DNA from: Candidatus Saccharimonadales bacterium | Lineage (GTDB): Bacteria > Patescibacteriota > Saccharimonadia > Saccharimonadales > DASZAF01 | Direction: 5' to 3' | DNA length: 64,000 bases | Assembly (NCBI GenBank): GCA_035945435.1 | Contig: DASZAF010000031.1 | Span: 17,913-81,912, forward strand | In this document: positions 19,352 to 25,220 of the stretch, in pieces | How positions within the stretch are numbered: position 1 is the stretch's first letter | Layout: every line of letters begins with the position of its first letter | Position numbers and translations under genes: made by a program | The notes under the pieces: model-generated | Told to the model about the DNA's origin: nothing | Database searches by the model: none | Seen by the model: only the letters and a program-made list of their open reading frames with translations

Positions 19352-19429
19352 CGTGGATATCATTAGCGTCGTAAAAGATATATTGTACGACCTAAGATCA
19401 CACCCCCACATCCCGACTTGATATCCACG
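19352..19429. other. Long hairpin: 11-bp perfect inverted repeat with a nested 6-bp stem
   Basis: CGTGGATATCA (19352-62) pairs with TGATATCCACG (19419-29). Inner stem GTCGTA (19368-73) pairs with TACGAC (19386-91). Confidence 0.6.
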
Positions 19430-19603
19430 TCCAGCCGGTCTTTTTGTTATCATTGTCTTTTATTTTTTGTATGACCCTTCCCTCCCGCTGCCATTACTTC
19501 GCTTCTACTTGGCTCACTGTCACTTTTGCGCTACGAACACACGAAATTACTAGTGTTCTAATTCCGTATTATTTTTGGTAGAACAGAAACTCTCGATTCC
19601 TAG

Positions 19604-19622
19604 AGTTCTATATATGTTCTTT
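19604..19622. repeat. 19-nt direct repeat, right copy (AGTTCTATATATGTTCTTT)
   Basis: Abuts the stop codon (19623-19625) of the 448-aa gene. Confidence 0.7.
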
Positions 19623-20969
19623 CTACTTCACGTACGGAACGTGACTAATTGGAGATTGGTTCTGACGAAGGTGCTTAGGTTGCGGAGGGCGTTCAAAGAG
19701 CTGTTGCCACTCTGTTGGCACTCTATAGACTGGCCCGAGGTTTAGTGGGGGCTTCTTGTGCTTCGGCGGGCCCATAACATACTCTGCAAAACGATCTGAA
19801 ATGTACTTACCGAACTGGTTGCCCTCATAGATGAGCAGTGCTGATAACGGCAACGTAAACGCCAGCGCAACGCTAGCTAATCTGACGGCTGCCTTAACGG
19901 GGTCTCGACGTTCAAGCTGGTCAAACGCTTTCTCGCCGCGTTGAAGCTGTCGGCCGATGGGTCCACGCGCAATGAGCGGTGGTTTTCTTTGTCCAACACG
20001 GGCCAATACTTTTGCGCGATGTCGTTGCACGAGGCTCATGGCCCCCCACTCTGCCCTCGTGTAGCCCGCTCTAAGTCCGTCTAACTCGATGCGAGGAGAC
20101 CCACCATCGAGCAGCCTTAGTTGTTCTCGTAGCTCAGCTTGTTCGGCAAAATATGCTGCATCATCCACCTCCATGGCATCGTATTGCGCATTGACCTCTG
20201 CTGCTCCTTCGATACCTTCATCCTCGCTATAGCGCCACCTAAATCCAAATGGGTTAAGTGTTCGACTCATATTGTGTATAAACGCGTTATTACTAGCCAC
20301 CGTTTGGGCAATGCGTTCGCTCTGACGTGCTTCGTGTAAGCGCCTGATGCTATGCTCAGCGAGGAGCAGTTCGGCATCCATGCTTTCTTCTGCAGATTCG
20401 GCCAATTCACCCAATCTCGCGGCTCTATCAAGAGTATGTGCGGCCTCCTGTCGGGCCTCTACGGCTGCCTCAAGAACTGAGTCGGCTTCAGCAAACGCCT
20501 GTGGAGCGTTCCTTTCTACAAACGGTATAAGAGGTATTCGCTCTCCTCGGCGTTCGATTTCATCTAGCCGGGCTTTTTCTGCGATCTCTTTACCGACGAT
20601 ATAGTCCCATTCCTGCTCGGGGTTTTGTTGATCGATCATCTGGTACCTAAGGAGGACTCGCTGTAGGTGCATGGGTATCTGGAGATAGAGACGGAAGTTC
20701 ATCTTGCCGATTAGCCGATCTTCGATCCAGTGAGCTCTATCCCTCTTCCCCAAGAGATAATCACTCCTGCCAATGACCTGTCTACCATCGGGTTCAAGGA
20801 ATGTTGGGAATAAAAGATTCTCTATTGCGGCTTCGACTCGAGCAAGTCTATATGGACCATCCTCCAGATCGATCACCCGTGTTTCGTTAAGGTCATCTGG
20901 GTGGTTCGTCGACCTCTCGGAGAGCATCTCGACTGTGACTGGGGGCACCTCCTCCATAAGAAGGGTCAT
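19623..20969 (-). CDS. Hypothetical coiled-coil protein with a C-terminal TM anchor (448 aa)
   Basis: Start reassigned to MTLLMEEV (ATG 20969), which overlaps the upstream stop as ATGA. The longer 19623..21131 ORF runs into the upstream gene. TM segment AAVRLASVALAFTLPLSALLIY lies near the C-terminus. Confidence 0.65.
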   Translation of the reverse strand: MTLLMEEVPPVTVEMLSERSTNHPDDLNETRVIDLEDGPYRLARVEAAIENLLFPTFLEPDGRQVIGRSDYLLGKRDRAHWIEDRLIGKMNFRLYLQIPMHLQRVLLRYQMIDQQNPEQEWDYIVGKEIAEKARLDEIERRGERIPLIPFVERNAPQAFAEADSVLEAAVEARQEAAHTLDRAARLGELAESAEESMDAELLLAEHSIRRLHEARQSERIAQTVASNNAFIHNMSRTLNPFGFRWRYSEDEGIEGAAEVNAQYDAMEVDDAAYFAEQAELREQLRLLDGGSPRIELDGLRAGYTRAEWGAMSLVQRHRAKVLARVGQRKPPLIARGPIGRQLQRGEKAFDQLERRDPVKAAVRLASVALAFTLPLSALLIYEGNQFGKYISDRFAEYVMGPPKHKKPPLNLGPVYRVPTEWQQLFERPPQPKHLRQNQSPISHVPYVK

Positions 20970-21631
20970 CTTCGGATCTCCGTTGAACCGTGTGTCCTTG
21001 CGTGGTGGTGGGGGTGTACTTGACCGCTGACGGCAGGCTGCGGGTTGCCCTCTCTCCCCTGGACATAGAAACCAAGAGCCTCGACGCCTATAACGGACAG
21101 GGCTACTGTCGCGATCGTCACTCCAACCCACAGTCTTGATCTGTTTTCAAAGTCAAACGTGTAGTCGGACCACTCCCCTATCTTGTCGTATAGGCGATGT
21201 GCCCATTTCCCGATCCGTCCAAAACGTACTTTAGCTTCAGATGCCTTCTCTGCTGCGACTATAAGATCTCCCCTGTTTATCCGCAGAGCGGGTTCTTCTA
21301 GGGGGATCTCAGAGGCCAGTAAGTCTAAATCGTATACATCTAATCGGTCTCCTATCATACCGTACCGTCGAAGCGACCTCTGTTGGTCATCTGTTAATCT
21401 GGCAAGCAGATGCCCGGGGGTGTTGCTCTGTATACTAAGCGCGAATGCTCTCTTGCTATGTGCATAATCTAGCTGACTACGTTGTCCCGGGAGGGTCGGC
21501 ATACCTGAAAGTATTCCAGGAATGTCGAACAGGGCGCGTGTAAGTGTGCGCAATTTCAATTGGAGATCATCCCATGCATGTATTTCCGAAGAAGCCTGTC
21601 CTACCTCGCACGAGGGTGCATACGTGTCCAT
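20966..21631 (-). CDS. Hypothetical protein with a C-terminal TM anchor (221 aa)
   Basis: TM segment LWVGVTIATVALSVIGVEALGFYV near the C-terminus, then a His-rich tail. Translationally coupled to the downstream gene. Confidence 0.6.
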   Translation of the reverse strand: MDTYAPSCEVGQASSEIHAWDDLQLKLRTLTRALFDIPGILSGMPTLPGQRSQLDYAHSKRAFALSIQSNTPGHLLARLTDDQQRSLRRYGMIGDRLDVYDLDLLASEIPLEEPALRINRGDLIVAAEKASEAKVRFGRIGKWAHRLYDKIGEWSDYTFDFENRSRLWVGVTIATVALSVIGVEALGFYVQGREGNPQPAVSGQVHPHHHARTHGSTEIRR

Positions 21632-21673
21632 ATGTCAACTACATTTTCATAATGTGGTTGTGCTGTCAATGTT

Positions 21674-21710
21674 ACAAAAACAGAACCCCTAGGCTTCGAG
21701 GGTTCTGTTT
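21674..21710 (-). terminator. Rho-independent terminator after the 189-aa ORFan
   Basis: 9-bp stem ACAGAACCC/GGGTTCTGT (21680-88/21700-08). A T-run (TTTTTG) follows on the minus strand. Confidence 0.6.
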
Positions 21711-21729
21711 CAGTCTTTTGGCTTGTATT

Positions 21730-22299
21730 TTACCTTACAGCAGCACCGCGCTTTGGCAAACCTGCAGATGTTAACCCGCTGACACGGGCAAGTTCACTGG
21801 CGTCCTGCATGTGCGCACCATGGCGACGCCTCACCTGCTCACTTAGAGGGACCTCAGCGTCAGGATCTGGGGCATTAGGGTCCTTCTCTCCTACCTCGAA
21901 CCAGTCACGGAGTGGTGCGCCATCAGCAGCGCGTACTCGTTCGCGAGCGACGAGCACTGCAGCTTCCTGTTGGGTGCGGATTTTGGGACGAAGAGCGTGC
22001 TCTATAATTCTCCTAAGAGCAACCGAGCGCGTGAATAGATGTTCTGCGGGAATAGTCAGGAGAGCCCTTACGCCAATCTCGCGCTGTACCGCAAGGTCAC
22101 CCGAGCTATGCGCCAAAGCATAGAATTCAGCCTCCGTCATCGCAGGCGGAAGGTCAGTTGCCATGCCATGCCATGCAGCTACGTTAAACGGTGATGGCTC
22201 GCAATATGCAGCTCGCAGTGTCGGAGATTCAGCTGCTAGCAGCTCTGGTAAGCCTTCGACTCTCTGATAATCTTGGCTATCTAATTTCGCGTGTCTCAT
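21730..22299 (-). CDS. Hypothetical soluble protein (189 aa)
   Basis: Long ORF bracketed by its own promoter (22330-22358) and terminator (21674-21710). No family recognised. Confidence 0.6.
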   Translation of the reverse strand: MRHAKLDSQDYQRVEGLPELLAAESPTLRAAYCEPSPFNVAAWHGMATDLPPAMTEAEFYALAHSSGDLAVQREIGVRALLTIPAEHLFTRSVALRRIIEHALRPKIRTQQEAAVLVARERVRAADGAPLRDWFEVGEKDPNAPDPDAEVPLSEQVRRRHGAHMQDASELARVSGLTSAGLPKRGAAVR

Positions 22300-22329
22300 A
22301 AACGATACAATATTCTACTTATAATGTAT

Positions 22330-22358
22330 ATATTAGCATATTAGTTAATCAGTGTCAA
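22330..22358 (-). promoter_or_regulatory. Sigma70-type promoter of the 189-aa ORFan
   Basis: Minus strand TTGACA-N17-TAATAT with a TGc extended -10. Confidence 0.6.
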
Positions 22359-22586
22359 TACAATGGCAGGTTACACCGCTGACGCGTTTCTCAATTGGCT
22401 CACGCAATCTCGACAAAATCCTGCATTTGGTCTCCCGCCTAGTGCTTTCGCTACCGCAATTGCTCCACCTACCGTATATATCTGCCCCATAACGCAGTCG
22501 TTGAGGCAGTGATGTACGTCGTGGCCTTCTCGTGTATCTTCGTTAGGGGCCCCTTCGTCAACCTCCTGAGGAAAGCGACTTCCCCT

Positions 22587-23027
22587 TCAAGACGCGCGAA
22601 CAGGCGTTTCTGAACTAATCAGCACCTCAACTTTATGTCGGATAATATCTCGTGCTTTTGCTGTAAGCTCATAGCTAATACCCTTGGGGTCATCGACGTC
22701 CCAGTAGAGATAGTTGGGGGCGTGTATAAGCCAGTCTGGGGCGTACTGCTCGGTAACCATGCTGACTACGAGGTCGTATTTATCTAACATCTCTTGGGTT
22801 AACTGTGTGCTCTTATTGTTTCGTACGTCTATTCCAATTTCATCCATCACGTCGATAGTGAATGCTCGGTCTGGCAGCTCTCTCTTCCGCTCTAGCAGTG
22901 TCTGGCCAGGTTTCTGAACTGCGGTACCGGCAGAGTCGGCATCATGAGTGTGGGCCAACTTGTTGTAGAGAGCGGCAGCCATCTGGCTACGGGCAGTATT
23001 GCCAAGGCAGACGAATAAGACTCTCAT
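22587..23027 (-). CDS. Low-molecular-weight protein tyrosine phosphatase
   Basis: CX5R(S) P-loop VCLGNTARS at residues 6-14 and DP loop DVDDPKG. Only one Cys in the protein, so it is not a thioredoxin-coupled ArsC. Confidence 0.8.
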   Translation of the reverse strand: MRVLFVCLGNTARSQMAAALYNKLAHTHDADSAGTAVQKPGQTLLERKRELPDRAFTIDVMDEIGIDVRNNKSTQLTQEMLDKYDLVVSMVTEQYAPDWLIHAPNYLYWDVDDPKGISYELTAKARDIIRHKVEVLISSETPVRAS

Positions 23028-23109
23028 CCTTGACAGTATACTCCCCCAATGAGTGAAAGCTCATTCGTATTAACAGAGTAGAGCGTTATATACACACATA
23101 ATGTATATA

Positions 23110-23138
23110 TTGACATAAGAATAATAAAGTTATAGAAT
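23110..23138 (+). promoter_or_regulatory. Sigma70-type promoter of the 491-aa ORFan
   Basis: TTGACA-N17-TAGAAT. The -10 ends 9 nt before ATG 23148. Confidence 0.6.
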
Positions 23139-23147
23139 ATATAAACC

Positions 23148-24623
23148 ATGTGTGCGGCAGGTAGAAATCGTAACCATGTTGTTATGGCTGGCGCCCCGTT
23201 CACCAAAGATATTCTTCACGATGAAGTTGGTAACGGTGGCGAGAGCTTCGCGCGCCTCAGATTAGTCGTGGGGACTATTGGTGCTGGCGCAGTTGCCGTA
23301 GCGCTAGATGGCATGACCGAAGAAGGACAGGCCGATCGCCGTGAGCTCTTATATGGCCCAGACCCCAATCTTTATGCCAACTGGGCTATTAGGGCGGCTT
23401 CCGCCGCCCCTGATATCCGTCTGGCACAGGCCACCTCTGAGGGTGAGTTGTCTTTCGACTTACACGAGGTCCGCTACAGGCTTGGTAGGAATTCACTTCT
23501 AGCTGCTATAAGCCTGGAGCGTGACCTCTTACTTGAGAGAGCAACTCGTGAACTTGATCCTGAAACCCGTGGCACGATGGGGCCGATCGAGAACTGGTTA
23601 ACCGGTACGACCATCTTTGATAGGGCTGAGGATGGTAGGATCGGTAACCTACCTGACGATCTAGCCGCTGGTCTGCCAGTGGAATTTAAGGGTCTACGTC
23701 GAAGCCAACTTGCGTGGCAGCTGCTCCAGGCCCGCTCGCACCAGCGGGTGCAGACCGCAAACGGAGACTTCATCGGATGCCAGACTTCACGGCCAGATGG
23801 TCTCCGCTTGGTCACTCAAGAGGGAGATCTAGAGGCGGGTTACGTCGCGGCTGCATTCCACGATCTTCTTAAGATGGGTATCGGCTTCGATCCCGATCGC
23901 CTTGCGTCGGAGTATATCCCCATCCTACGACCCGAAAACCCCAAGGAGCCCATGGGCCTTATACTCGCCGAGAGCAAGACTGCTCTCGAGGTCGCCATAC
24001 AGGCTGCAGGCTTTATCCTAGACGGCAGAATTGCTCCTCAGTTAGACGAGTTAAAGATGTGGACCGGTCTTGGGAGGAAAGCTGAGGGTTTGCGCAGGCT
24101 GATCCGAAAACACGATAACAATTTAACCGACATGTTCGATAAGGCTCAGAATGGCGAAGTGGCCTATAAACCGGCCAATGATTACATCGATAAGCGTGTC
24201 AACGACCTTGCTGCAACTGCCTGGTCGCAAGCAGCTTGGTGGGACCTTGTCATACGCGAGCACCGCCGGCTCTACGGCCGAATGGCCGAGAACGCCTTCA
24301 GACCGAGCGATATTATTGAAAAGATGGGCTTCTCGCTTATCGTGGCCAAATTCGATGTCAGTCATCATGGGGATGGAGTCAGGTTGAGCGACGAGGAGAT
24401 GCAACTGCCGCTCGGTCACGACTATGAAACCGATCCTCCTCTCGAATTTGTAAGGGTACCAACGCACGTTCCAATCACCGTTCGCAGCATACATCCGAAG
24501 ACGTTGACAGACAGGTGGGCTACTTGGGAGGCGACTGCCGATCAGAAGCTCAGGGAGAAAGAGGCGGCCATGGCAAAAGCTGCCAGGTTCGTCGTTAGGT
24601 TACGGACTGCGAAAGCGTCGTAA
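23148..24623 (+). CDS. Hypothetical protein (491 aa) with an N-terminal hydrophobic segment
   Basis: Promoter TTGACA-N17-TAGAAT ends 9 nt before ATG 23148. Hydrophobic LRLVVGTIGAGAVAVAL. No family recognised. An alternative start is M13 (23184). Confidence 0.6.
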   Translation: MCAAGRNRNHVVMAGAPFTKDILHDEVGNGGESFARLRLVVGTIGAGAVAVALDGMTEEGQADRRELLYGPDPNLYANWAIRAASAAPDIRLAQATSEGELSFDLHEVRYRLGRNSLLAAISLERDLLLERATRELDPETRGTMGPIENWLTGTTIFDRAEDGRIGNLPDDLAAGLPVEFKGLRRSQLAWQLLQARSHQRVQTANGDFIGCQTSRPDGLRLVTQEGDLEAGYVAAAFHDLLKMGIGFDPDRLASEYIPILRPENPKEPMGLILAESKTALEVAIQAAGFILDGRIAPQLDELKMWTGLGRKAEGLRRLIRKHDNNLTDMFDKAQNGEVAYKPANDYIDKRVNDLAATAWSQAAWWDLVIREHRRLYGRMAENAFRPSDIIEKMGFSLIVAKFDVSHHGDGVRLSDEEMQLPLGHDYETDPPLEFVRVPTHVPITVRSIHPKTLTDRWATWEATADQKLREKEAAMAKAARFVVRLRTAKAS

Positions 24624-24686
24624 GTTGCTATCTATCTAGGGCTTCTCTATAATTCAAATCACAAGCACTTAAAACAGATAGCAACC

Positions 24687-25217
24687 GTGGTCTCCAAGAA
24701 GAGAAACTCCTCCCGAAACAGTATCAAGACCCTCAAGACTTATCTGTTATCTCATACAGTACTGCTCCCCGTTGTCTTTCTAGTCATGTTTGGGCTAACG
24801 GTAGCCTATATTTTAACGCTCGACAACACACCAACGGCTGCTGACTGTGTTGCTCATCAATATAACGACTCATCATACCAGCAGACCCACTACTCTGTAT
24901 GCGTGAAAGATGTCCAGGGGATCCTCGACGGCGTTACAAGTGACCTGAAGAACAGTTACGGTGGCAATAGATATAGCGGCACGCAGATTCCGGCAAACGG
25001 ATACTTCAACGCAAAAACGGCGACTGAGATCGAATACTTCCAAAGCAGTCCACTCTTCGCCAAATATGCTGGTGCCGCCAATGGTGCGGTCGGGCCCCAG
25101 ACATGGGGTGCGCTCTGCTTTGCTGCCTATAACTACATTGCCGTTGGCAATTTCGGTTCAAACGATTTCTATTCCTTGGTGAGCTGCCATAACCATAGCG
25201 GTTCACCTGAGCACTGA
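24687..25217 (+). CDS. N-anchored small protein with a peptidoglycan-binding (PG_binding_1-like) motif
   Basis: TM LLSHTVLLPVVFLVMFGLTVAYIL, then CVKDVQGIL...NGYFNAKTATEIEYFQ...NGAVGPQTWGAL, resembling the PGBD repeat pattern. GTG start. Confidence 0.6.
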   Translation: MVSKKRNSSRNSIKTLKTYLLSHTVLLPVVFLVMFGLTVAYILTLDNTPTAADCVAHQYNDSSYQQTHYSVCVKDVQGILDGVTSDLKNSYGGNRYSGTQIPANGYFNAKTATEIEYFQSSPLFAKYAGAANGAVGPQTWGALCFAAYNYIAVGNFGSNDFYSLVSCHNHSGSPEH

Positions 25218-25220
25218 GAT

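Noticed and set aside
19623-21131. 502-aa ORF as given in the ORF track
   Set aside because: Its first 54 codons (MGWSDDRDSS...) overlap the 3' end of the upstream 221-aa gene in another frame and look non-protein-like. An internal ATG at 20969 forms a canonical ATGA stop/start overlap.
22587-23027. Arsenate reductase (ArsC, LMWP type) annotation
   Set aside because: The protein has a single cysteine. Thioredoxin-coupled ArsC needs two additional Cys, so a protein-tyrosine-phosphatase call is preferred.
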